NCBI GenBank assembly: GCA_963663965.2
Contig: CAXXFK010000013.1
Location: 1 to 64,000 of the forward strand
From: Sedimentisphaerales bacterium
GTDB taxonomy: Bacteria > Planctomycetota > Phycisphaerae > Sedimentisphaerales > SM23-30
Length of the DNA stretch: 64,000 nucleotides
Reading direction: 5' to 3'
Part shown: positions 1-9,361 of the stretch, one piece after another
How positions within the stretch are numbered: the stretch's first letter is position 1
Layout: every line of letters starts with the position of its first letter
Position numbers and translations under genes: made by a program
Notes under the pieces: model-generated
The model's input: only the letters and a program-made list of their open reading frames with translations
Database searches by the model: none
Told to the model about the DNA's origin: nothing

Positions 1-2
1 CG

Positions 3-1124
3 ATGAATGTGGGGGGGATGGATGTCTATAAAAACGTGATTGGGATGACTACCGATGATCTGAAACACTGGACGAAACCGGAAGAGTCGAAGAGCTTGGC
101 CCCGCGTTATGAGGAGATTGAGGGGCAGCGGCGGCCGGTGGCGGTGGGTGATTTCTGGCCAGTCTGGCATGCCCAAAGTAAAACGCTGCTGGCTACCGGG
201 CATACGGTGGTGTATACCCCGGACTGGAAGGTCAGGAATCCCCGGCCGCGGCATACGGCTTACGCGACTTACGATCCGGCAAAAAATCAGTGGCATCCGT
301 GGAAAAAAATGGTGATGCCGGAAGGCAACAAGTTTCATAACGCGGGCGCCGGCTGCACACAGCGTTATGATCTGCCTGATGGGACGATCCTGCTGCCGTT
401 TTATTTCAAGCCGGAGGGGGGATCCTCACAGGTGGCAGTGGCCCGCTGCTCTTTCGATGGTCAGACGCTGAGCTATATCGAGCATGGAAATGAACTGGCC
501 ATCGACGATAAGAGCCGGGGATTGCATGAACCGTCACTCGCTCATTTCGACGATGAGTATTTCCTGACGATACGAAATGACAAGGCCGGCTTTGTGGCCC
601 GCGGCAGCGATGGTCTGCATTTTCAGCCTTACCAACCGTGGCTTTTTGACGATGGGAAGGAACTGGGCAATTATAATACCCAGCAGCACTGGGTGGTGCA
701 CAGCGATGGGCTTTACCTGGTCTATACCCGCCGGGGCGCGAACAACGATCATGTGTTCCGTCATCGCGCTCCGTTGTTTATGGCCCGGGTCGATACCCGG
801 CGGCTACGCGTGATCCGCGCGAGCGAACGGATCCTGGTGCCGGAACGGGGGGCCAGGCTGGGGAACTTCGGGGTAACCGATATCAGCGAGGAGGAGACCT
901 GGGTGACGACGGCCGAATGGATGCAGCCGAAAGGGGTGGAAAAGTATGGCAGCGATGGCAGTATTTATATTGCCCGGATTCGGTGGAAGCAGCCTAAGGA
1001 ACCGCGCAAAAATAACACCTCCATTTTTCATCCCATCTTGCCGCCATCTTCAGCCGCTTCTCAATCGCGAAATCCTCGACATAGAACAGCTATGCCTGCG
1101 GTTTCGCTCAATCGGCTCGACTGA
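3..1124 (+). CDS. Sialidase/BNR-family (beta-propeller glycosidase-like) protein, 5'-partial; last ~40 aa are MITE read-through
   Basis: Asp-box-like segments ([15 protein letters not shown]) plus the HEPSL and HRAPLF motifs. The sequence after RWKQP is encoded by the inserted MITE. Confidence 0.7.
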   Translation: MNVGGMDVYKNVIGMTTDDLKHWTKPEESKSLAPRYEEIEGQRRPVAVGDFWPVWHAQSKTLLATGHTVVYTPDWKVRNPRPRHTAYATYDPAKNQWHPWKKMVMPEGNKFHNAGAGCTQRYDLPDGTILLPFYFKPEGGSSQVAVARCSFDGQTLSYIEHGNELAIDDKSRGLHEPSLAHFDDEYFLTIRNDKAGFVARGSDGLHFQPYQPWLFDDGKELGNYNTQQHWVVHSDGLYLVYTRRGANNDHVFRHRAPLFMARVDTRRLRVIRASERILVPERGARLGNFGVTDISEEETWVTTAEWMQPKGVEKYGSDGSIYIARIRWKQPKEPRKNNTSIFHPILPPSSAASQSRNPRHRTAMPAVSLNRLD

Positions 1125-1175
1125 ATCTGACAACAAGCTGTGCGATAAATGTAGCATTTATTTATGCGCGGCTCC
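998..1175. mobile_element. 178-bp MITE with 18-bp terminal inverted repeats and TAA target duplication
   Basis: GGAACCGCGCAAAAATAA (998-1015) matches the reverse complement of 1158-1175, GGAGCCGCGCATAAATAA, at 16/18. TAA flanks both sides (995-997, 1176-1178). Confidence 0.85.
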
Positions 1176-1187
1176 TAACCGGTTGTA

Positions 1188-1361
1188 CCGGGGCTAAACT
1201 GGCAGCGCCGGTCAAGCCGCAATCCTATAAGATAATAGCTCACACGAAGGCACGAAGATAAACAGCCGAAAGGAGAACTACGAATCCCGATTAATCGGGA
1301 TGAATGAACGCTAATAAGATCCGTTCGTTAAAAACAAGAAGATAAAGGATAGGAGTATAGA
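1188..1361 (+). repeat. ~175-bp direct repeat, copy 1
   Basis: Runs CCGGGGCTAAACTGGCAGCGCCGGTCAAGCCGCAA...AAAGGATAGGAGTATAGA and closely matches 2010-2192. Confidence 0.9.
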
Positions 1362-1450
1362 AACCAGGGACAGTCGACGTTAAAAATGGCAAGTGGCAAG
1401 AATAATGGAATAAAACGGTGACTGTCTTTGGTTACCTCCATGGTTACCCC
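1361..1450. repeat. REP-like inverted doublet GGGACAGTC...GTGACTGTC
   Basis: Motifs at 1367-1375 and 1418-1426. The spacer resembles that of the doublet at 3517-3589. Confidence 0.7.
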
Positions 1451-2009
1451 ATATGAAATTTTTTGTTCTTGTAAAAACAAGCCAAGATGGGGAGGAATTT
1501 GATTCGCCACTGATACAGGGATACATGGGGGGGAATTTAAAATGGAAAATGGAAAATGGTAAATTATTAACAGCCGGGTTCAGACAAAGGCGCGGGGGCG
1601 CGGAGAAGAACAGCCTTTTAGACAGGATCACAGGTTCGACAGGATGTTCGGGAAGAATTAAAGAATATAACAGCCGATTTACCATGGAGATCGTGAAGAA
1701 CAAGAAGATAAATACGGGCTGGCCCACAGATTTATGATTAGAAAAATTGGGGAAATTTTAATTGCATGAAAGAGGGGGGGAGGTAAAATTAGATTTATGT
1801 CGTTAATGAGAGGCGTTTTTTATGATTGGAGATCTGGATACGATGGACGGCAGGATGTGCAAAGATGGCGGTATGGTCCATGGCGATGGCTGGCTGGCGG
1901 GCGGGGCACGGTTGCAGTCTGATTGGCGATGATGCGTTATGCACCCACAAGCTTCACTGCGTTACGCTTGAATGGTGCCACCCGAAATTGCTTGGCCGAG
2001 GCCACCCAG

Positions 2010-2192
2010 CCGGGGCTAAACTGGCAGCGCCGGTCAAGCCGCAACCCTATAAGAAAATAGCTCACACGAAGGCACGAAGCCTCCAAGATAAACCGCCGAA
2101 AGGAGAACTACGAATCCCGATTAATCGGGATGAATATACGCTAATATGATCAGTTCGTTTAAAAGCAAGAATATAAAGGATAGGAGTATAGA
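2010..2192 (+). repeat. ~180-bp direct repeat, copy 2
   Basis: Near-identical to 1188-1361, with a short insertion after GGCACGAAG. Confidence 0.9.
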
Positions 2193-2297
2193 GAACACCA
2201 TGGGAAAGGCTGAGAATCTGGGATATGGATGAATTGGAACTGGTTGCTCAGTAAACCCAGAAAAAAGATATGTATATAAAATATTTTTAAAATAAGT

Positions 2298-2326
2298 TTG
2301 ACAACGATCAATATTTCAACCAAAAT
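2298..2326 (+). promoter_or_regulatory. Putative sigma70 promoter
   Basis: TTGACA-17 bp-CAAAAT, about 50 bp upstream of the ATG at 2374. Confidence 0.45.
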
Positions 2327-2373
2327 TGTTGTAAATCGGATTGAAAAAATTAATATTTATTGGAGGTCAAATT

Positions 2374-3441
2374 ATGGATTTAATCGATAAACTCCGGGAA
2401 ATTTCAACTCGAATCCAGAGGCAGATAGATTCTGTTAAAACAGAAGAGGCTTCAAAAACTGCTTTTGTATTACCTTTTCTTCAAGCACTTGGGTATGATA
2501 TTTTTAATCCATTGGAAGTGATACCAGAACTTACTGCTGACCATGGAATGAAAAAAGGAGAGAAGGTTGATTATGCAATAAAACGCGAAGAAAAAATAAT
2601 AATTCTTATAGAATGCAAACCGGTTGGCGCTAATTTAGAAGCTAAACATGCCGGGCAATTATTCAGGTATTTTTCAGTAACTGAATCTAGGTTTGGTGTA
2701 CTAACGGATGGTATTCGCTATTTGTTTTTTAGTGATCTTGAAAAGGATAATTGCATGGATGATCGTCCTTTTTTTGAATTTAATTTATTAGAATTTACTG
2801 ATATTCAAGTGGAAGAATTAAAGAAATTTGCTAAATCTTCTTTTGATATGCAAACGATAATTAGTACGGCGAGTAACTTGAAATATCACCGAGCTCTCTT
2901 ATCGCAAATTAAGTCTGAATTTGAGAATCCAAGTGAAGAATTTGTGAGACTTTTAACTGGGCGCGTATATTCTGGGCGTTTTACTCAGCAAGTACGTGAT
3001 CAGTTTATGCTTTTAACACAAAGAGCCATTCGAGATTATATTCGAGAAACAATTAATGATAGATTGAAAACAGCGCTGGATTCTGGCGATAATGAAGAAT
3101 CAGAGGAAGAAGATATAACTGTAATTGAGGATGAAGAAAATGGCTCAGATGGCATTGAGACTACTCCGGAAGAATGGGAGGGATATAGAATTGTTCAGGC
3201 AATAGGTGCGGAGATAGTGGATCCAGATCGAATAGCTATCCGAGATGCGAAAAGTTATTGTGCAATTCTATTGGATGATAATAATAGGCGCCCAATATGT
3301 CGTCTTCATTTCAATAAGAAAAAGATGGCAGTAACATTTTTTGCAGGCGAAAAAGAGTCCCGAATTGATATAGATAAAGTATCCAATATCTATCAATATC
3401 GCGATCTAATACGTGAAGCAATCTTGAAATATAAAACTTAA
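2374..3441 (+). CDS. Type I restriction enzyme HsdR N-terminal-domain (PD-(D/E)xK) endonuclease-like protein
   Basis: TEEASKTAFVLPFLQALGYDIF, EKVDYAI...ILIECK and GQLFRYF motifs. GGAGG RBS before ATG 2374. AT-rich gene. Confidence 0.8.
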   Translation: MDLIDKLREISTRIQRQIDSVKTEEASKTAFVLPFLQALGYDIFNPLEVIPELTADHGMKKGEKVDYAIKREEKIIILIECKPVGANLEAKHAGQLFRYFSVTESRFGVLTDGIRYLFFSDLEKDNCMDDRPFFEFNLLEFTDIQVEELKKFAKSSFDMQTIISTASNLKYHRALLSQIKSEFENPSEEFVRLLTGRVYSGRFTQQVRDQFMLLTQRAIRDYIRETINDRLKTALDSGDNEESEEEDITVIEDEENGSDGIETTPEEWEGYRIVQAIGAEIVDPDRIAIRDAKSYCAILLDDNNRRPICRLHFNKKKMAVTFFAGEKESRIDIDKVSNIYQYRDLIREAILKYKT

Positions 3442-3516
3442 CAATTTGTAAATATAGGCTAATTGTAACGTACTGAAAGCGTTATCAGGAGAAAGATGGA
3501 ATAACCCGGGGAACCT

Positions 3517-3589
3517 AAAGACAGTCGCCATTAAAAATGGCAAGGGGCACGAATAATGGAACAGTAAAATGGAGACTGTCCATAGTTAC
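3517..3589. repeat. REP-like inverted doublet AAAGACAGTC...GAGACTGTCC
   Basis: Same core as the motifs flanking the RAYT gene, with a spacer similar to 1376-1417. Confidence 0.7.
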
Positions 3590-3866
3590 TAATGCAACAC
3601 GATCACCGTCGGTGACAGAATGCGGTGGCGAAAGTTGTAATCGCATTCCCGGCAAGCTCGCTCAATCACCCAATCGGGCAGGATCTTGCGGATCGAATTC
3701 AAAGTCGACGCTTCCAATTTGCGATAAATTTCTAAAGGTTTTTCACGACGATTACCGAAATGGTTGTTAGACATATGTAGCCTCCGTTCGATAATGTTTT
3801 GTTCATAATTTCACTATCGACCCCGGAGGCTTTTTTTCTGCAATTTCCTTAAGCTATCGCCATTCG
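3590..3866 (-). pseudogene. IS4-family left end plus truncated transposase N-terminus
   Basis: Minus-strand terminal repeat GAATGGCGATAGCTTAAG (3848-3865). ORF 3774->3589 (...ILPDWVIERACRECDYNFRHRILSP...) resembles IS4 transposase N-termini and stops at a REP-like motif. Confidence 0.65.
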
Positions 3867-3950
3867 TGACTGTCCATAGTTACCACATCTTTATGTCTAA
3901 TCTATTTTAGCCGGCAGATTCGGCTGCATTGTTCTTAATATGCTTTTTTT

Positions 3951-5415
3951 GTAACCGTTCACACATTCTGACAGATTAACGATGGATATTTTATGTTGCT
4001 CCAATGAGCAATAATCGATTCATGGATAAAATCAAGGACATTCTGACGCTGTTTTTTGCAGGTTGCTATTGTTGTCCAGATGCGTTCGCACCAGCGCATG
4101 CCTGCCTGGCCGCGCGTTCCTTGCGTGATCCGTCGGTCAATCACCACGGTGCGAATTTGGCGCTCCGTGCCATTATTGGTGGGTTCGACAGCCGGCTCCG
4201 TCAAAAATCGGAAGTAATCGGTTGCAGCATTGCCCTTAAATCGTTTGGCCAGTTTCTGGGCCAGTTTGTGATTCGGCGGCCTTCGCATTTGCTTCAAAAA
4301 GCCGGTTTTGAGGCGCGCCATCGAACGCAACCAGCCCGGTGGCGTCAAGGCGTCCCGCCGATGCAGGGTGTCAAACAGTTTTTTGAGCCATGCCAGCAAT
4401 TTTGTTCCCCAGCGAGACAGTGCGGGCACGCTATGCTCGGCCAGAAAACGAACGTCTCGAATCAAGTGAGCCATGCAATACTGAACACGAACACCAAACA
4501 ACCGGGCATACTTGCGATAGGCGCCCCAGTAATCGGCCCCAATGATCCCGGCAAAGGTTTTACCAAGCATGGTTTCCAGCACGCCGCTGCCGCGCGACGG
4601 ATCAATCTTAAACAAACTGTAGGCGCCGGTATCAAAACACCAGGTCCAGTGCAGCTTGCCATTGTCATGATGGCCTGTCTCATCGATATTGACCTGCGGT
4701 TCGTTCGGCAATCGGTCGGCCAGTTCATCATACGATCGGCCCAAGGCGCTCGATCCCTTCTGAACCGCCTTGCCAAGCATGCCGCGAGAAACCTCCAGCT
4801 TCATCACCTGCTGGAAAAAACCCTGAATGGTGCTATACGACATATGGCAGGCGCCTTTCAAATAGGACACCAACGCCGTCAGGTCCGCACCCAGCAATCC
4901 CCCTTTACGAATCTCGTTCGGCAAGGGGGTGATCTGGACCTTTCCTGTCACAGGGTTTCGGTACTTTCTAGCTCGATGCTCAATCACCTGGTACATTTTC
5001 TCCGGCAATCCGATTTGTTGAATGACAAACCAGGCATCCAGAGGCTTAAGGCCCACGGCGTCTTTGTCTGCCAACTCGTATTCAAATGTGTGGTCAACTT
5101 CTTCAAACGGTTGACGCGAAAACTTTTTATGCCCATGCTGGCCACCCCGGTTGCGTTTTTTGCGACTAGCCTTAGCGGAAGGCCTCTTGGGTTTGACAAT
5201 ATCACTTGAGGGCGGCTTGGACGAATTGCTCGAATCTTTCTTGAGCCGAGCAATTTCTTCTTTGAGCTGCCTTACTTCTTCGCGTAAGGAAGCGACCTCT
5301 TGGAGCAGCTGCGCTATAACAATATCTTTGTCATCCATAACTTATGGTATAACAGATGGTTGTGCAGGGCGCAATCTTTTTTCTTGTTATTTTTAAAAAA
5401 AGTGTGAATTGTTAC
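3951..5415 (-). mobile_element. Complete IS66-family element, single-ORF (ISBst12-like) type
   Basis: TIRs GTAACCGTTCACAC / GTAACAATTCACAC. 8-bp TSD CTTTTTTT at 3943-3950 and 5416-5423. Confidence 0.92.
3959..5338 (-). CDS. IS66 family transposase (TnpC-like)
   Basis: N-terminal coiled coil, SSNSSKPPSSD, NIDETG, QYCMAHLIRD and EPTNNGTERQIR motifs. Confidence 0.93.
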   Translation of the reverse strand: MDDKDIVIAQLLQEVASLREEVRQLKEEIARLKKDSSNSSKPPSSDIVKPKRPSAKASRKKRNRGGQHGHKKFSRQPFEEVDHTFEYELADKDAVGLKPLDAWFVIQQIGLPEKMYQVIEHRARKYRNPVTGKVQITPLPNEIRKGGLLGADLTALVSYLKGACHMSYSTIQGFFQQVMKLEVSRGMLGKAVQKGSSALGRSYDELADRLPNEPQVNIDETGHHDNGKLHWTWCFDTGAYSLFKIDPSRGSGVLETMLGKTFAGIIGADYWGAYRKYARLFGVRVQYCMAHLIRDVRFLAEHSVPALSRWGTKLLAWLKKLFDTLHRRDALTPPGWLRSMARLKTGFLKQMRRPPNHKLAQKLAKRFKGNAATDYFRFLTEPAVEPTNNGTERQIRTVVIDRRITQGTRGQAGMRWCERIWTTIATCKKQRQNVLDFIHESIIAHWSNIKYPSLICQNV

Positions 5416-5521
5416 CTTTTTTTTAAAAGATTTATGTTGATTTAAGGTATAATCAACAAAACAATCTCCATTGTGTTTTATAAAGACTATTAAGTATTAA
5501 ATCACAGTGTTTACTGTATAA

Positions 5522-6999
5522 GGTAGTGTCAAGAATTTTTCGCACATTTTTTATTAGTCTTTCATCTGGTAGAGTCTTTCAATGGAGGAGGGAGGGACAA
5601 CTCCCTGCCCTGCCTCCCCGAGGGGAGGCAAAAATTTATCGGACGATCATGCCATGACCACCTCCTCTTTTTCAGCTTTTTTCTCCTTCTCCAACTCATA
5701 CAAATGATCCATATTCAAATAACGCCTCGTACCCCATTGGGTGCCGGCAATATGTCTCAGGCGGGCCGTGGCCAGCATCAGGGCCGAGTGACCATCCGGG
5801 AAATTGCCCACCACGCGCGTACGACGACGAATCTCACGCATGATCCGCTCCAGTGGATTATTGGTTCGCAACTGCCGCCAGTGCTTGTCGGGATATTGAT
5901 AGTAAGTGAGTGTTTCGAGATAGCTTTCCTGGACCAATTCAGCGGCCTTGCCCAGTTTCATCTCCCGCAATTTGACAATCACTTGCTCGGCCTTCTGGAT
6001 CGCCGCCTGGCGGTCTTCCTGGGCATGGATGGCCTTGAGCATGGCCGCTACCTCTCGCACCTTCTTGCGCGGCACATGACTGAACACGTTGCGATACCAG
6101 TGGACCGTGCAGCGCTGCCAGTCGGCCTCCGGAAAAACCTCGGCCAGCGCGTCCACCAGACCCAGGCATTTGTCGGAAACAAACAGGCGAACACCCTGCA
6201 GGCCGCGGCGCTTTAAATCGCGTAAGAAACCGCCCCAACCGGCTTTATCCTCTTTGGCGCCCTCGCAGGAACCCAGCACTTCGCGATAGCCCTCCTGATC
6301 GACGGCAATGGCCACCAGAATCGAAACATTCTTGACTTCGCCGCCCCAGCAACGTTTCAAAACGATGCCGTCCAGATAGACATAGGGATACGACCCTTCC
6401 AGTTTGCGGTTGCGCCATTGGTCGATCTGTTGATAGACTTTCTGATTCAGATTGCTGATGGTGCCCGCACTGACACGGGCGCCCCACAGGCTTTCGGCGA
6501 TGTCTTCGATACGCCGGACCGAAACGCCGGCCAGATACATCTCGATCAGGGCCTCTTCTACCGAAGACTCCCGGCGTTTATAGCGCTCGATGATGGCGGT
6601 TTCAAAGGTCGTTTTTCGCAGCTTGGGCATCTTCAAATTCACTTCGCCGGTCGTCGTATGAAACTTACGCGGATAATAGCCCGCCCGGGTATCGGTGCGG
6701 GCCTGGGTATGTTCATAACGCTGGGCGTTGCAGAGCTGGTCCGCCTCGGCGTCCAGCAGGGCATTGAGCGTGTCTTCCACACTCTGGCGCACCATCTGGC
6801 CCAACTGATCCTTCATCTGGGATTGGTCGATTTTTAAAATTTGGTTCAAGTTTCTAACGTCACTGGTCGATTCTTCTGTTTGACTCATAGTCAGTCCTTT
6901 CATTTGGTGGTAGGTTTCGGTTTCAAAAACTTCATCGACCAGATGAAGGACTGTTTTTACGGTGTCCTATAATATGTGCGAAAAATATTTTACCTTATC
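5522..6999 (-). mobile_element. Complete IS256-family element
   Basis: 26-bp imperfect TIRs ending ATTTTTCGCACAT. 8-bp TSD CTGTATAA at 5514-5521 and 7000-7007. Confidence 0.92.
5647..6888 (-). CDS. IS256 family (Mutator-type) transposase
   Basis: EMYLAGVSVRRI, YVYLDGI, WQRCTVH and RTNNPLERIMREIRRRTRVVGNFP motifs. Alternative start at 6903. Confidence 0.95.
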   Translation of the reverse strand: MSQTEESTSDVRNLNQILKIDQSQMKDQLGQMVRQSVEDTLNALLDAEADQLCNAQRYEHTQARTDTRAGYYPRKFHTTTGEVNLKMPKLRKTTFETAIIERYKRRESSVEEALIEMYLAGVSVRRIEDIAESLWGARVSAGTISNLNQKVYQQIDQWRNRKLEGSYPYVYLDGIVLKRCWGGEVKNVSILVAIAVDQEGYREVLGSCEGAKEDKAGWGGFLRDLKRRGLQGVRLFVSDKCLGLVDALAEVFPEADWQRCTVHWYRNVFSHVPRKKVREVAAMLKAIHAQEDRQAAIQKAEQVIVKLREMKLGKAAELVQESYLETLTYYQYPDKHWRQLRTNNPLERIMREIRRRTRVVGNFPDGHSALMLATARLRHIAGTQWGTRRYLNMDHLYELEKEKKAEKEEVVMA

Positions 7000-7275
7000 C
7001 TGTATAAAAAATAATCATGTGTTTTATGCTAACAAAAAATATTAATTGGATTAATGGGATTTAGTGGCCGGTTTGTTAATGCGATAATGATTGGCATTGG
7101 GGTATTTTGGAAATGTAGCTTCTAGCAGAGGCACGATGGTACAACGATAAAACTGGTGGTGAGTTATCTTAAGGTATTGAAAAATATGGAATTACGGTGT
7201 AAATAGTATTGCCAACAAAATCAATTACGCTGTGTCTTGTGAAATCAGGTAAAATCGCATCGAATACAAAAAAAC

Positions 7276-7305
7276 TTGACTCTGAGATAAAATTATAGTT
7301 ATAGT
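7276..7305 (+). promoter_or_regulatory. Putative sigma70 promoter of the four-gene operon
   Basis: TTGACT-18 bp-TATAGT upstream of ATG 7370. Confidence 0.5.
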
Positions 7306-7369
7306 TACGGCAAGATTTAAGTAGTTAGTCTTATTCTTTTTTGACATTTAACTGGGAAATATTAGATAA

Positions 7370-7822
7370 ATGGAAACAAGACTCGGTGTTTCAGCGATCA
7401 TTATTAATGAGAAATCAGAAATATTGATTTTACTTAGCCCAGATCGTGGTTGGGAACCTCCTGGTGGTTATGTTGAACTTGGTGAATCAATCATGGATGC
7501 ACTTCATAGAGAAGTTGCCGAGGAGACTGGTTATGAAATCAGTGTAATGCAATTTATTGGCATATACAAATGTGTTCGCGAAAATGAAATTGTCACTTTG
7601 TCATTTTTATGCAAACCAATTAGGGAAATATCATTACCAGGAGATGAAGCCCTCGATGTACGTTGGATTTGTATGAATGAAATTGATAGTTATGTAAAAT
7701 ATCAACCGCACCTCATGCGTATATCGGATTCCTGTGACGCTATGCTCTCACCAGGGAAAACATTAATTGTAGAGTATCAGCCGAAACCATTTAAGGTATT
7801 TTCACGATGGTCGAAATCATAG
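7370..7822 (+). CDS. Nudix hydrolase
   Basis: Complete Nudix box GGYVELGESIMDALHREVAEETGY. Confidence 0.92.
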   Translation: METRLGVSAIIINEKSEILILLSPDRGWEPPGGYVELGESIMDALHREVAEETGYEISVMQFIGIYKCVRENEIVTLSFLCKPIREISLPGDEALDVRWICMNEIDSYVKYQPHLMRISDSCDAMLSPGKTLIVEYQPKPFKVFSRWSKS

Positions 7823-8631
7823 AAAGACTATTTCATTTTTTTGAAGATCCATTTGTACTTAATGTGACTGCATCAGTAGTAGGTGCACTTGTTGTTTATA
7901 TTTTAGTCGCTGTATTCAATATTAGGATACCTCCGCTTTCAGTTCTTTTTTTTTGGGCAGGATACTCGCGCGAACTAGTTATAGTAATTTCTGAAGTAAC
8001 AGTAAAATATGATCCAACATATCGTCCAGGGAAGCAGCCTCAGTTAACTCCGATTGGTGACGCAATAGTTTTAGCAGATTTTTTGCATTATTTTAGAGAA
8101 AAACTAGGAAAGACACCTAAAGTATTGTCTGTGCATAACATTTCAGAATTTGATGCTATTAAAGATCAAAATATGCTATTGATAGGAGGACCTAAGTATA
8201 ATATTGCGTGTAATCAATTTTTAACTGAAATCGACAATGAATTAGAATATCAGTTTAAGAGAATCAGGGTTCCTTCGGAAAGAAGACGTGCTAATGATCC
8301 AGAACTCAAAATGCTTGTGAGTAGGGCAGGCCAAGACAAGGATTTTATTTGCGATGGATCAAATGAATGTGATTATGGAATGGTTGTAGTGCGTCAAAAT
8401 CCATATGCAAAAAATAAAACAATAATAACTGTTGGAGGCCTAAGTCCCATGAGTACAATCGCAGCCGCTAATTGGATTCGTAGGGCAAGCTTCATTAAGT
8501 GGTTAATTAAAGTCAAATTAAGCAATGGGTTTCAAGCTATACTCCGATGTAGAGCAGTGGATACTGTTCGAGTTTCAAACATTAACCTAGTTCACAGTCA
8601 AGTAATAGAAAGAGATGAAAATGGAAACTAA
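7807..8631 (+). CDS. Uncharacterised membrane protein (N-terminal TM helix plus soluble alpha/beta domain)
   Basis: Hydrophobic FVLNVTASVVGALVVYILVAVF, then NMLLIGGPKYN, DYGMVVVRQNP and TVGGLSPMSTIAAA motifs. Overlaps both neighbours. Confidence 0.75.
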   Translation: MVEIIERLFHFFEDPFVLNVTASVVGALVVYILVAVFNIRIPPLSVLFFWAGYSRELVIVISEVTVKYDPTYRPGKQPQLTPIGDAIVLADFLHYFREKLGKTPKVLSVHNISEFDAIKDQNMLLIGGPKYNIACNQFLTEIDNELEYQFKRIRVPSERRRANDPELKMLVSRAGQDKDFICDGSNECDYGMVVVRQNPYAKNKTIITVGGLSPMSTIAAANWIRRASFIKWLIKVKLSNGFQAILRCRAVDTVRVSNINLVHSQVIERDENGN

Positions 8632-9361
8632 TTCACTATTCTTCACTTTAAACCAGACTATTGATATTCGAGAAGATATACCCAAGAACCCAACTATGAT
8701 AGTTATTTTAAGCTCCGGGTACTCTATAATAGGCTTTGATGAACCGATTCAGGTAGCTTTAGGTGAGTGGCTCAGTAAAAAAGGAATAGGTTGGATTCAG
8801 TATACATTTCCAGCAAGGAATAGAAATAATACCGAAAAAGAACTATATCTTTCGGGTGGCATTCTATCATTAATGCAGCTATATGATTATGCCAAGGATA
8901 AATATAAAACCAGCATTGGATTATTTGGAATAAGCTTTGGGGGGAATATTTCAATTGAAGTTGCTTTAGCAAAAAAAATAGAATCTCTTATACTTGTAAA
9001 TCCCGTATTTGATTATGTAGATTTTCGAAGAAAGCAGCTAGGAGATGGCAAATTTGATTTATGGAATAAAAACAGGAGTATAGTTTTAAACTATCAATCC
9101 GGGAATTTGCCCCTTAGTTTTCATTTTATCGAAGAATGCGAGAAGCAGGATCTAGAAAGAAGAGCAGAGGGTATTAATTGCCCAGTATATGCATTCCAAG
9201 GCGAAAAAGATTCAATTATAAATCCATGCCATATCAATAAATTGAGTAATATAAAGGACAACTGGAACGCATATACAGTGCCTAATGCAGATCATGGTTT
9301 TACTGACATAGAAGCTATTACATATGTATTAGATAGACTCGATGAGGATTGGGTGCGATGA
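8615..9361 (+). CDS. Alpha/beta hydrolase (esterase-like)
   Basis: Nucleophile elbow GISFGG, Asp in GEKDS, His in ADHGF. Confidence 0.88.
   Translation: MKMETNSLFFTLNQTIDIREDIPKNPTMIVILSSGYSIIGFDEPIQVALGEWLSKKGIGWIQYTFPARNRNNTEKELYLSGGILSLMQLYDYAKDKYKTSIGLFGISFGGNISIEVALAKKIESLILVNPVFDYVDFRRKQLGDGKFDLWNKNRSIVLNYQSGNLPLSFHFIEECEKQDLERRAEGINCPVYAFQGEKDSIINPCHINKLSNIKDNWNAYTVPNADHGFTDIEAITYVLDRLDEDWVR

Noticed and set aside
1453..2149. ORFs 1453-1737 and 1826-2149 as genes
   Set aside because: They run through repeat and mosaic DNA and show no recognisable motifs.
1188..2192. CRISPR array
   Set aside because: Only two long copies plus irregular micro-repeats. There is no constant repeat-spacer period and no cas gene.
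4004..5209. 401-aa plus-strand ORF
   Set aside because: Antisense shadow of the IS66 transposase.
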